The notes beneath the pieces were generated by a model. The model was not told the origin of the DNA and searched no databases. It saw nothing but the letters and a program-made list of their open reading frames with translations. A stretch of 64,000 nt of DNA. Source: Candidatus Eiseniibacteriota bacterium. GTDB lineage: Bacteria > Eisenbacteria > RBG-16-71-46 > SZUA-252. Position 1 is the first letter of the stretch. The number at the start of each line of letters is the position of its first letter. Made by a program: the position numbers and the translations under genes. The stretch covers positions 32,001-96,000 of the forward strand of contig OY969801.1 in NCBI GenBank assembly GCA_963703225.1. Direction: 5' to 3'. This document shows, piece by piece, positions 10,841 to 21,362 of the stretch.

Positions 10841-11741
10841 GAAGGCTCTCGGAAGAGGTCTGGAAGCACTGATTCCAAGCGGAGTTGATACCGAGGTTCC
10901 GCTCATCCCGGAGATCCGGCCACAGGAGGTCCGGCAGGGGGACATCCGGCATGTTCCGCTGACCAAGATCGTCCGCAACCCAGCCCAGCCGCGGACCCAG
11001 TTCGATCCGGCTACGATCAAGGAGCTGGCTGACTCGATTCGGGAGCGCGGTGTGCTCCAGCCCGTGCTCCTTCGCCCCTCCGGCGACGGCTATCAACTCG
11101 TGGCCGGAGAGCGCCGTTTCATCGCGACGCGCGAGGCTGGGTTCACATCAATCCCGGCCATCATCCGGCCGCTCACCGATCGCGAAGCGCTCCTGATCGC
11201 GATCATCGAGAACATCCAGCGGGAGAACCTAAATCCGATCGACGAGGCGCGCGCCTACTACCGGCTCGCGACCGAATACGGGCTCAAGCACGACGAGATT
11301 GGAACCAGGGTGGGAAAGGACCGATCCACTGTTTCTAACATAATTCGTTTCAATAACTTACCACAAGACGTGCAACGACTCATCGAGACCGACAAGCTCT
11401 CGTCGGGTCACGCGAAAGCACTCCTTGCGGTCGCGACGCCCAAGCTTCAGACCGACCTCGCGAACTCGGCGGCGGCGCATGGGTGGTCCGTTCGGGAGCT
11501 GGAGCAGCGGGTCCAGCGCGCGGGCACGCCTCATCCATCACGATCCAGAAAGACCCCCAAACGAGCCTTTTCGGCGGAGCTCATCGCGCTAGAAGACGAG
11601 CTGATGAGGATCATGGGCTCGCGGGTGCGGCTCACAAGACGGCGTGGCGGCTCGGGTTCGATCCTCATCGACTACCATTCCGAAGAGGAGCTGGACCGTC
11701 TCATCGGCCTCCTTCGGGAGATCGAAACGTCGGCACGTTGA
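10833..11741 (+). CDS. parB: Chromosome partitioning protein ParB/Spo0J
   Basis: ALGRGLEALIP, GVLQP, AGERRF, ENIQRENLNPIDEA, HTH GKDRSTVSN. Confidence 0.97.
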
Positions 11742-11746
11742 TTGCG

Positions 11747-11845
11747 TGTGGATAAGTAGGCATGTTCGGTGGAGAAGTTCGTAACGCGCTAGGGTTCAAG
11801 TGCTTGTACGGCCGCTTCCGATGCCGAAGCCATCGGTTATGCACA
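11747..11845. promoter_or_regulatory. DnaA-box pair flanking an IHF-like site downstream of parB
   Basis: TGTGGATAA 11747-11755, TTATGCACA 11837-11845, TAA-N19-TTG (ending TTCAAGTGCTTG) 11782-11806. Confidence 0.7.
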
Positions 11846-11921
11846 TGGGCCCGGCCGAGAGCATACCGGCGCGCAAATCCGTGACATCGATCACAGAACC
11901 ATCAACCCCGAGGAAAACGCC

Positions 11922-12938
11922 ATGACCCAACCCGCCACGCAGAGCGATGTGAGCCTTCTCGAAGAGTTTCAGAGCGCCCGCTCCCAGATCCTGACCGAGC
12001 TGCGCAAGGTGATCGTCGGACAGGACGCCGTCGTGGAGCAGCTGCTCACGGTCCTCTTCGCGAATGGGCACTGCCTGGTGGTCGGCGTTCCTGGGCTGGC
12101 GAAGACCCTCCTCGTTTCCACGCTCGCCAAGATCCTGGATCTGGAGTTCAGCCGCATTCAGTTCACGCCCGACCTCATGCCCTCGGACATCACCGGCACC
12201 GAGATCCTCGAGGACGACCCGGTCACGGGGAAGCGAGCGTTCAAGTTTCTCAAGGGACCGATCTTCGCGAACATGGTTCTGGCCGACGAGATCAACCGGA
12301 CGCCGCCGAAAACGCAGGCGGCACTCCTCCAATCGATGCAGGAGTATCGAGTCACCGCGGGAGGCACGACCTATCCGTTGGCGCTCCCGTTCTTCGTCCT
12401 CGCGACGCAGAACCCGATCGAGTTCGAGGGGACCTACCCGCTCCCGGAAGCGCAGCTCGATCGATTCATGTTCCACATCTCGGTCGGCTATCCCACCGAC
12501 CAGGAGGAAGAGAAGATCGTCGCGACCACGACCAGCGCGTACGAGGCGGAGCCGAAGCGCGTGATGGGCGTCGATCGGATCATCGAGATCCAAAGACTGG
12601 TGCGGCGAATTCCGGTCGCGGAGCACGTCGTGAAATACGCCGTGCGGCTCGCGCGCGCGTCACGGCCCTCGCCGCAGAGCGAACCGTTCGTCCGCGACTG
12701 GGTGAGCTGGGGCGCGGGCCCGCGCGCGGCGCAATACCTCGTGCTCGGCGCCAAAGCGCGCGCGGCGCTCTCGGGCCGGCCGACGCCGGGCGCGGACGAC
12801 GTCCGGGCGGTGGCGCCGGCGGTGCTGCGGCATCGGATCATCCCCAACTTCAACGCCGAGGCCGACGGGATCTCGAGCCTCGACATCATCGCGAAGCTCC
12901 TCGAGGCGACCCCGAGCGTCGACGGCAAGCACTCGTAG
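11922..12938 (+). CDS. MoxR family AAA+ ATPase
   Basis: GVPGLAKT, RIQFTPDLMPSDITG, LADEINRTPPKTQAALL, ATQNPIEFEGTYPLPEAQLDRF. Confidence 0.96.
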   Translation: MTQPATQSDVSLLEEFQSARSQILTELRKVIVGQDAVVEQLLTVLFANGHCLVVGVPGLAKTLLVSTLAKILDLEFSRIQFTPDLMPSDITGTEILEDDPVTGKRAFKFLKGPIFANMVLADEINRTPPKTQAALLQSMQEYRVTAGGTTYPLALPFFVLATQNPIEFEGTYPLPEAQLDRFMFHISVGYPTDQEEEKIVATTTSAYEAEPKRVMGVDRIIEIQRLVRRIPVAEHVVKYAVRLARASRPSPQSEPFVRDWVSWGAGPRAAQYLVLGAKARAALSGRPTPGADDVRAVAPAVLRHRIIPNFNAEADGISSLDIIAKLLEATPSVDGKHS

Positions 12939-12949
12939 GCGAAGTCGGC

Positions 12950-13846
12950 ATGAGCGAAGACCGTCCGCGCCTTCTCGACCCGCATTTCATCTCCAAGCTG
13001 ACGCGCCTCGATTTGAAGGCGCGCCTGGTGGTCGAGGGGTTTCTCACCGGGCTTCACCGGAGCCCCTACCACGGATTCAGCGTCGAATTCGCGGAGCATC
13101 GCCAGTACATGCCGGGCGATCCGCTGCGCCACCTCGACTGGAAGGTTCTCGCCAAGTCGGACCGCAAGTACATCAAGCAATATGAAGAGGAGACGAACCT
13201 CCGGGGGATGATCCTCGTCGACACCAGCGCCAGCATGGGCTACGGGTCCGCGGGGATCACCAAGCTCGACTACGCCCGGCAGCTCGCCGCCGCGCTCGCC
13301 TACCTCATGCTCCGGCAGAACGACGCCGTCGGGATGTTCGCGTTCGCCTCGGGGCAAGGGGAGCAGATTCCGCCGCGCTCCACGATGGGGCACGCGCGGC
13401 CGCTGCTCCTGCTTCTGGAGCGCCTGAAGGCGGGGGGCGGCACCGATTTCGTCTCCTCGCTCCATTCACTCGCCGAGCGGATGACCCGCCGCGGATTGGT
13501 CATCATCCTCTCCGATCTTCTGGACCAGCCGGAGCGGATCGAGCAGGCGATCCATCATTTCCGCCATCGAAAGCATGAGGTGCTCGTCTTTCACGTGCTC
13601 GACCCCCAAGAGGTCGCGTTCGATTTCGAGCGGGAGGCGGTCTACGTCGATCTGGAAACCGGGGAGCGCGTGACCACGCGGCCGCAGGAGCTTCGCCCCG
13701 ACTACCGCGCCCGCATCGGCGAATGGAAGGATCGGCTCCGCCAATACTGCGTCGAGAAACGCGCCGACTACGTTCCGCTGACCACCGACCAGCCCTACGA
13801 CCGCGCCCTCTTGGAATATCTCTCCAAGCGCGCGCGCCTGCTCTAG
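12950..13846 (+). CDS. DUF58 domain (vWA-like) protein
   Basis: GLHRSPYHGFSVEFAEHRQYMPGD, DWKV, DTSASM. Confidence 0.93.
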   Translation: MSEDRPRLLDPHFISKLTRLDLKARLVVEGFLTGLHRSPYHGFSVEFAEHRQYMPGDPLRHLDWKVLAKSDRKYIKQYEEETNLRGMILVDTSASMGYGSAGITKLDYARQLAAALAYLMLRQNDAVGMFAFASGQGEQIPPRSTMGHARPLLLLLERLKAGGGTDFVSSLHSLAERMTRRGLVIILSDLLDQPERIEQAIHHFRHRKHEVLVFHVLDPQEVAFDFEREAVYVDLETGERVTTRPQELRPDYRARIGEWKDRLRQYCVEKRADYVPLTTDQPYDRALLEYLSKRARLL

Positions 13847-13858
13847 GCCGGTCGCCGA

Positions 13859-16021
13859 ATGCCGATCTTCTCGTTCCTCAATCCGGCCTTCCTCTGGGCT
13901 CTCCCGGCCATCGCCATCCCGGTTCTCATCCACTTGCTCAGCCGGCGGCGGCTGCCCGAAGTGGCGTTTCCGACGACCCAATTTCTCCGGGAGCTGGAGC
14001 CGCGGGAGATCAGGCGCCTCAAGCTCCGCGAGATCCTGCTCTTGATCCTCCGCACGCTCGCGATCTTGCTCCTCGTGCTGGCCTTCGCGCGGCCGACATT
14101 GACCCCGCGCCACGCCGTGACGCACGCGGCAGCCGCCGTGGAGATCCTGATCGACGACTCGGAGAGCATGGGGGCCCTCGACGAACAGGCACGCCCGCGC
14201 ATGGACGCGGCCAAGGCGCGGGCCAAGGAAATCCTCGACGCCGCGCGTCCGGGCGATGAGATCGCGATCGCGACGTCCACCCAGCCCGACGCGAACGGCG
14301 CGCGGCATGCTACCGATCGTGTGCGCCTGACCCGCGCGCTGGAGCGGATCGAGGCGACGTCCCTCCCGGCGCGGATGGCGGAGGCGATCTCCGGCGTGAG
14401 ACGCTCGGTGGAGAGGAGCCGGCTCATGGCGCGGGAGATTTACGTGATCACCGACTTGCAGCGCGCGAATTTCGACCGCGCGGCGCGGGAGGAGATGGGG
14501 CTCGTCACCGCCGCCGGGATCCGCGTCTACGTGGTTCCCGTCGTCCAGAGTCGTGTGCCGAACCACGCACTTCAAGACGTGGACCCGGAGCTTCGCCCCG
14601 GCCCGGAGGGGCGGGGGTTGGAGCTGCGGGCGCGCTTCGCCAACCACGCGGACGCCGCCAGCGAGCGCGTGGCGGTCCGCGTGCGGCGCGGCGACGCGCT
14701 CATCGGGGGAGGGGACGTCACGCTCCGGGCCGATGAAGTTCGATGGCTCTCCATGCCGCTCGATTGGCGCGGCACGCCCGACTCCACCGCGGCCTCGCGT
14801 CCGGTGATCATCGAAGCCGATCAGGATGCCCTCCCGGCCGACGATCGGTGGTTCGCGGCGCTGGGCGCTCCGCGTCGTCTCCGCGTGCTACGGATCGCGG
14901 AGGCCCGAGACGGCTCGCCGCCACCCCGCTTCTCCGCGCTCGCGCTCGACCCGGGCGGCGACGGCACGGGTGGGTTCTCCGTCGATCCGGGAACTCCGGC
15001 GTCGCTCCTCTCGCTTACCGCGTCACGGGCCGACGTCGTGCTCCTGGAGGACGTAGCGTCACTTTCGGCGGACGCGGAGGCTCGGTTGCGGGCCTTCCTC
15101 CGCGATGGGGGAGGGCTGGTGGTGGCGCTCGGGCCGCACTCGGATCCGGACTATTACAGCGCGCATCTCTTCCCGGGGCTGATCGACCTGGCGCTGGATG
15201 GAGTGGAGCATGCCGCGGGGGGCGCGTCGTTCGAGCTCCGGGCGCGGATGCCGTCGCACGAGGTGCTGGAGGGGCTGTCGGTGGGCGTCGGCTCGCCGCT
15301 CACCCAGTCGCGGTTGACCGGGTTGATCCGCGGGCGGGCGACGTCCACGCGCACCGAGATCGTCGTCCAGACCTCGGGAGGGCTGCCGCTGGTCGCGGCC
15401 GCGCCCGGCGTGGGCGTATTTCTCAGCTCCTTCTCCGACGATTGGGGAGACCTGCCCTATTCGGGCGCGTTCGTGCCGCTCGTCCGCGGGCTGGTGGCGC
15501 ACGCCGCGCACGCGTCACGGTTGGCTGGGGCCGCGACTCTGCATGTCGGCGAGCGGCCGATCGCGCGGCTCAGCGCGGCGCCCGGGTCCGCGGTGCTCGT
15601 CCGGGGACCGGATGGGTACGCGTCCCAGGCCGTGGTGGAGTCGGAGGGGACCGCGTATCGCGGTGTGGCGGACGCGCCGGCGCTTCGACCTGGCTTCTAC
15701 ACGTATGAGGCGGGTGGCAAGACGCTCGCGACCGTGGCGGTCAACGTCGACCCGGTGGAGAGCGACCTGGCCCTGATCGAAGCCGACTCGCTCCGTGCGG
15801 GGCGCGCCGGCGCAAGCGGGCACGCCGCAAGCGGGGACGCCGCAAGCGCCAGCGCCAGCCCTGGCGCCGCCGTGACGATGCTCAAGAGCGCGAACGCGCT
15901 CGACTCGCATCTCAGGGAGACCCGGCGCGGGCGGGAGCTTTGGATGGGATTCTTGCTCGTGGCCGCCATCGCTCTCGCCGGAGAGCTCGCGCTGAGCAGC
16001 GCGCGGATGATCAAGCCTTGA
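13859..16021 (+). CDS. BatA/vWA domain membrane protein
   Basis: N-terminal FLNPAFLWALPAIAIPVLIHLL...LAFARP, DDSESM (MIDAS-like), AVNVDPVESDL, C-terminal TM. Confidence 0.88.
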   Translation: MPIFSFLNPAFLWALPAIAIPVLIHLLSRRRLPEVAFPTTQFLRELEPREIRRLKLREILLLILRTLAILLLVLAFARPTLTPRHAVTHAAAAVEILIDDSESMGALDEQARPRMDAAKARAKEILDAARPGDEIAIATSTQPDANGARHATDRVRLTRALERIEATSLPARMAEAISGVRRSVERSRLMAREIYVITDLQRANFDRAAREEMGLVTAAGIRVYVVPVVQSRVPNHALQDVDPELRPGPEGRGLELRARFANHADAASERVAVRVRRGDALIGGGDVTLRADEVRWLSMPLDWRGTPDSTAASRPVIIEADQDALPADDRWFAALGAPRRLRVLRIAEARDGSPPPRFSALALDPGGDGTGGFSVDPGTPASLLSLTASRADVVLLEDVASLSADAEARLRAFLRDGGGLVVALGPHSDPDYYSAHLFPGLIDLALDGVEHAAGGASFELRARMPSHEVLEGLSVGVGSPLTQSRLTGLIRGRATSTRTEIVVQTSGGLPLVAAAPGVGVFLSSFSDDWGDLPYSGAFVPLVRGLVAHAAHASRLAGAATLHVGERPIARLSAAPGSAVLVRGPDGYASQAVVESEGTAYRGVADAPALRPGFYTYEAGGKTLATVAVNVDPVESDLALIEADSLRAGRAGASGHAASGDAASASASPGAAVTMLKSANALDSHLRETRRGRELWMGFLLVAAIALAGELALSSARMIKP

Positions 16022-19000
16022 GTGGGCCCCGCTCGCTCGCCGAGCGGCTCCTCGACGCCGCGGAGAAACTCCCGGCCCTCGCGACGCTCCGCGAGCGCCT
16101 CGATAATGCGGAGCACCGTGCAGCGCGTCTGCGCGGCGCCTCCGGAAGCTCGGCCTCGCTCCTCTTGGCCGCGCTCACCCGCGTCACAGGGCGCCCGGCC
16201 GCCGTCGTCGCGCCCGACATCGAGCGGGCCGAAGCATGGCGAGACGACCTCACCTTTCTCCTCGGGGACGATCGCGTGGTCTACCTGCCCCCGCTCGACG
16301 TCGTCCCCTGGACCGCGCAGACCGCCACCGCGCCGGTCAGGGACGATCGTCTCCACGCGCTCCTCCGCCTGGGCGACGCCGACCCGCCGGTCGCGGTGAT
16401 TCCCGCGGCGTCGCTCCATCGCCTCATTCCGCCGCCGGCGAGCATTCGGTCGCGCGCCATACAAATCGCGCGCGGATGGGAGTCGGAGCCCGCGGCGCTG
16501 CTCCGCCGTCTCGTGATCGCGGGGTATCGCGCCGTGGCGGAGATCGGCGAGTCCGGGGAAGTGAGCCGCCGCGGCGGCATCGTCGACGTCTTCGGCCCCG
16601 GCATGGATCATCCGGTGCGGATCGAGTTCGACGGTGACACCGTCTCCTCGATCCGGACCTTCGACATCACGTCCCAGCGCTCGACCGGGATCGATCGATT
16701 CGATCCGGATCGCCCCCGCGCGCGAAGTGCTCCACGCCGAGGACCTAGAGAAGCGGCTCCATCCCTTCGACCGCGCATCCTTTCCCTCGGACCTCGACGG
16801 CCGCCGAATCCGCGACCTCGTCGCCGAGGGCATTTACTTCGACGGCATGGACTGGATCGCGCCGCTCTTGGGAGCGCCGCTCACCACGCTCCTGGATCAC
16901 CTCCCGCCCGATGCCGCGCTCTGGCTCGACGAGCCGGGCGCGATCGAGCGGGAGCTGGACGGGTTGGAGAGGGAAGCCGAACGCCTCGAGCCCGACGCCC
17001 GGGCCAAGCGCGGCGCATCTTCCGCCGCGAGAATCGCTCTTCGATCCGCCAGCCCGCGTGCTCGATCGCCTCAGCGCGCGGCCGCGCGTGGAAGCCACCG
17101 TGGGCGCGGCGACGACGACTGCCGAGGGCACGCTCCAGATCGAGGCCAAGCCGCAGCCCTCGTTCGGCCGAAAGCTCGATCTCCTCCGCGGCGAGCTTCG
17201 CCGGCTCACCACGCTCGGCTACGAGCGGATCATCGTCTGCGACAACCGAGGCCAGGCGGACCGACTCGAAGAGCTGCTCGGCGACGACCTCGCGTCGATC
17301 GAAGTGGGAGCGGTGGTCGCCGGCTTCGTCTTGCCCGCGGCCAAGCTGGCCGTCTTCACCGACCACGAGATCTTCGCCCGCTACCGCCGCCGCGGCGCCC
17401 GCCGTCCGCGCGCCTCCGCGGCCGCCATGCGCGACCTCCTGACGCTCAAGCCGGGCGACTACGTGGTCCACCTCGATCACGGGATCGGGGTCTATCGCGG
17501 ATTGAAGCGAATCGCGCTCGACGGGCAGGAGACCGAGTGCGTCCAGATCGACTACGCGTCCAACGACCGTCTCTTCGTCCCGATCCATCAGCTCGGCATG
17601 GTCCAGCGCTACTCCTCGGAGGAGGGGCGGACGCCGTCCATCTCGCGCCTCGGCGGCACGGCGTGGCAGCGGATGAAGGCCAAGACGCGCCGCGCCATCC
17701 AGGACATGACCGAGGAGCCTGCTCCGCCTCTACGCCACGCGGAAGGCGCGCTCGGGACACGCCTTCTCGCCCGACACGCCGTGGCAGCGGGAGCTGGAGT
17801 CGTCCTTCGTCTACGACGAGACGCCGGATCAGCTCCAGGCGGTCGAAGACGTGAAGCGCGACATGGAGTCGTCCCGACCCATGGATCGGCTCATTTGCGG
17901 CGACGTCGGCTACGGGAAGACGGAGGTGGCGATCCGCGCCGCGTTCAAGGCGATTCAGGACGGGAGGCAGGTGGGCGTGCTGGTCCCCACGACGGTGCTC
18001 GCGCAGCAGCACCTCGTCACATTCGGCGAGCGATTGGCCGACTTTCCGGTCCGGATCGAGATGCTGAGCCGCTTCCGCTCTCCCAAGGAGCAGAAGGAGA
18101 TCGTGGAGCGGCTCGGCCGCGGGGAAGTCGACCTGGTCATCGGCACCCACCGGATTCTCTCGAAGGACGTGAAGTTTCCCAAGCTCGGGCTGGTGGTGAT
18201 CGACGAGGAGCAGCGCTTTGGCGTGGCACAAAAGGAGAGGATCCGTTCGCTGGTCGAAACCGTCGACGTCCTCACCCTCACCGCGACGCCGATCCCCCGC
18301 ACGCTCCACATGAGCCTCGCGGGCGCGCGCGACATGTCGGTGATGACCACGCCGCCCCGAGGCCGGTACCCGATCAAGACCGAGATCGTGGAGATGAGCC
18401 AGGAGGTGGTACGGGACGCGCTCCTCCGCGAGGCCGACCGGGGCGGGCAGTCCTTCTTCGTCCACAACCGGGTCGAGTCGATCGATCGGATGGCGCACTA
18501 CCTCCGGTCGATCGTCCCGCAGCTTCGGTACGGCGTGGCGCACGGGCAGATGCGGGACACGGAGCTGGAGCGGGTGATGATCGACTTCCTCGAGCGGCGC
18601 ACCGACGTGCTCATCTCGACTTTGATCATCGAGTCGGGCCTCGACATCCCGACCGTGAACACGATGCTCGTGAACCGCGCCGACACGCTCGGGCTTGGCG
18701 CAGACCTACCAGCTCCGCGGCCGGATCGGCCGGTCCCATCACCAGGCCTTCTGCTACCTCCTCGTCCCGCCAGGCCGCGTGCTCACCGAGGAGGCCGAGC
18801 AGACGGCTCCGGGCGATCTCGGAGCACGAGGAGCTGGGGGCGGGTCTCATGATCGCGATGCGGGACCTCGAGATTCGCGGCGCGGGAAATCTTCTGGGCC
18901 CGGAACAGCACGGTTTCATGGCGAGCGTCGGCTTCGACCTCTATTGCCGGATGGTGGAGGAGGTGGTGCAGGAGCTGCAGGGGATGGCGGTGGCCCAGCG

Positions 19001-19469
19001 CCCGGAGCCCGAGATCGCGAGCGACCTCGCGGCGTTCGTGCCCGACGATTACATCTCAGACCGCGACGAGAAGCTGGACGTCTATCGCCGCATGGCGGGC
19101 CTCGCGGACCTGGAAGCGCTCGAGGCGCTCCGCGCGGAGCTGGGCGACCGCTTTGGCCCTCCCCCGAACGAGGTCGCGAACCTGCTCGAGCTGAAGCGGC
19201 TCCGCCTCTTGGGCCGCGACCAGGGCGTGGAGCGTCTCCGCGTCGGGCGGGACCGGGTGGAGGTACAGGTGGCCGAGGATTTGAGCCGCGAGCAGATCGT
19301 CCGGGTGGTGGGCGCCGTTCCCTCCAGGGTGGAGTTCACGGGGGCCGGCTCCCGCACGATCCGGGTCCAGCCCGCGCCCGACCCCTTAGCCTTGGCGACA
19401 AACCTCTTGCAGCACTTGGGCCCCTCTGATAGCGTCCCGCGTCTGCCTCTTTCCGCCGCCGGAAGTTGA
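16018..19469 (+). CDS. mfd: Transcription-repair coupling factor Mfd (about five apparent frameshifts)
   Basis: Pieces in ORFs 15940, 16634, 16911, 17851 and 18695: [74 protein letters not shown] start overlaps the upstream stop. Confidence 0.95.
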
Positions 19470-19544
19470 ACTCCCGGATGACCTTCGGGGTACTTGGAAG
19501 GAGCGGAATGACGCCAGGAGACCCACCGGAAACCCACTCCATAT

Positions 19545-21362
19545 ATGAATGATCTGAAAAGCCTGGTCGCCCGCGCCCAGCGAGCCGCGGCCCCGGCCTT
19601 ACTCCTGCTCGCCCTGGCCGGGCCTGCGCCCTCGGCGGAACCGGCCGGCGCCGCGGCGACGAAGGCCGCGCCGGCTTCGACGAAGCCAACGCCCGCCCCT
19701 GCCGCTCCGGTTGTCGTGGCGACGGTGGGATCCCGGAAGGTCGACAGCGTCGATATTCAGCGCGCCGCCGTGGCCCTCACCTCCGATCCGCTCCACAAGA
19801 AGAACCCGACGGCCTGGCGGCGCATGCTCCTCGACCGCTCCGTCGATCGCGAGCTACTCGCGATGGAAGCCGAGCGGCGCGGGCTCGACAATGATCCGGA
19901 GCTCCGTAAGAGGATCGCCGAGCGCGAGTACTTGATCCTGCTCCGCGAGATGTATGCGAGGGCGTTAGTGCCCAGCCTGATCCCGACCCCCGAGCAACTC
20001 CGCGAGATCCGGGCCGGCGGGCTCTACCGCGGGGTTGACCTCTACTACATCCTGGTTCGCGATAACGCGAGCGGCGTGAATCGGGCTCTCGCCTTGCGCG
20101 TCCTCGCGCGCGCCCAGGCCGGGGCGCGATTCGACTCGCTGGCGAGAATCTACAGCGGCCATCCCCCCACGCAGGCCGCGGGCGGCCATTTTGGCTGGAT
20201 CCTCGCGCGGGATCTCGATCCCCAGTCCTACAACGACGTGCGAAAGGCCAAGGCGGGGGACGTGATCGGCATCTACACGGGCCCCTACGGCCACGAGATC
20301 TACAAGATCGGGGCGTTCCAGGAGCTGACCGAGGACTCGCTCTACAACTTGGTATTTTCCGAGCGAAGAAGGGGCATCGCCAGCGACTATGAAAAGTCGG
20401 TGCTCGCCAAGTACCACTTCGCGCTCGATTCGACGCAGGTGAAGCCTTTGATCTTCGCGACGGGCAGCGAAACGCCCGACTCGATCCTCGCGTCCCTCGG
20501 CCCCGACGGCACGAGAGCCGGGCATGGCGTGAGGCCCGCCATCGGGATCCTCGCGACCTGCGACGGCGACTCGATCACCTTCCCGGAGATGCTCCACGCG
20601 ACCCCGCCGGTTCTCGGGGCGACGGGCCGGATGCGGATTCACGACGCCGAGGAGGTGTACAACCTCTGCGCCCGCGTCGTGCTCCATTCCTTGACCGTGC
20701 GCGACGCCCAGGATCGGGGCTTCGCCAAGGATCCATTGCTGGCGCGCGAGCTGCGTCTCTCGCGCGACGAAATCGTGTCGTCGGCCCTGGTCGAGCAGAA
20801 CCTGCCGGCTAGGCCGGACGACGCGGCCCTCCACGCGATGATCGACGCGCATCCGGACCGCTTCCAGAGGCCAAAGTCGGCCGTCGCGCGCGTCGCGATG
20901 TTTCCCGATCCGGATGGCGCCGCCCAGGCGCTCGTCGATTGGACCGCGAGCGGCATGACCGACACGCTCCTCGCCGCGCGGCAACTGCGCCTTCAGCCTC
21001 GCGTGGCCGCGTCGGGGCTCCTCGCCGGCTGGTACGCGGACCTCACGTTCGCCGAAGGGGGGTCCGATTCGCTGAGCCGTGCCATTTCGGGCGTCGCGGT
21101 AGGGGGTTTCGCGCCGGTGACGAGAACCAAGCGAGGGTGGGCGGTCGCGCAGGTGCGGTCGGTGGAGCCTCCGGGCCCGCTTCCGTTCGACGAAGCGAAG
21201 CGGATCGCCCTCCGCGAGTGGCGGGATGAGGCGGAAAGCAAGTGGGTGGGGCAGGAGACGGCGCGCCTGCGAATCAACACCCCGGTCAAGGTGATCCCGG
21301 GGCGTCTGGAGTCCGTGAAGCTGACGCAGCCCACGTCGCCCGCAAGGAAGGCGGTCCGATGA
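19545..21362 (+). CDS. Exported parvulin-type peptidyl-prolyl isomerase/chaperone
   Basis: Signal peptide; FDSLARIYS...GGHFGW...GPYGHEIYK rotamase-like motif; degenerate second repeat. Confidence 0.75.
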   Translation: MNDLKSLVARAQRAAAPALLLLALAGPAPSAEPAGAAATKAAPASTKPTPAPAAPVVVATVGSRKVDSVDIQRAAVALTSDPLHKKNPTAWRRMLLDRSVDRELLAMEAERRGLDNDPELRKRIAEREYLILLREMYARALVPSLIPTPEQLREIRAGGLYRGVDLYYILVRDNASGVNRALALRVLARAQAGARFDSLARIYSGHPPTQAAGGHFGWILARDLDPQSYNDVRKAKAGDVIGIYTGPYGHEIYKIGAFQELTEDSLYNLVFSERRRGIASDYEKSVLAKYHFALDSTQVKPLIFATGSETPDSILASLGPDGTRAGHGVRPAIGILATCDGDSITFPEMLHATPPVLGATGRMRIHDAEEVYNLCARVVLHSLTVRDAQDRGFAKDPLLARELRLSRDEIVSSALVEQNLPARPDDAALHAMIDAHPDRFQRPKSAVARVAMFPDPDGAAQALVDWTASGMTDTLLAARQLRLQPRVAASGLLAGWYADLTFAEGGSDSLSRAISGVAVGGFAPVTRTKRGWAVAQVRSVEPPGPLPFDEAKRIALREWRDEAESKWVGQETARLRINTPVKVIPGRLESVKLTQPTSPARKAVR

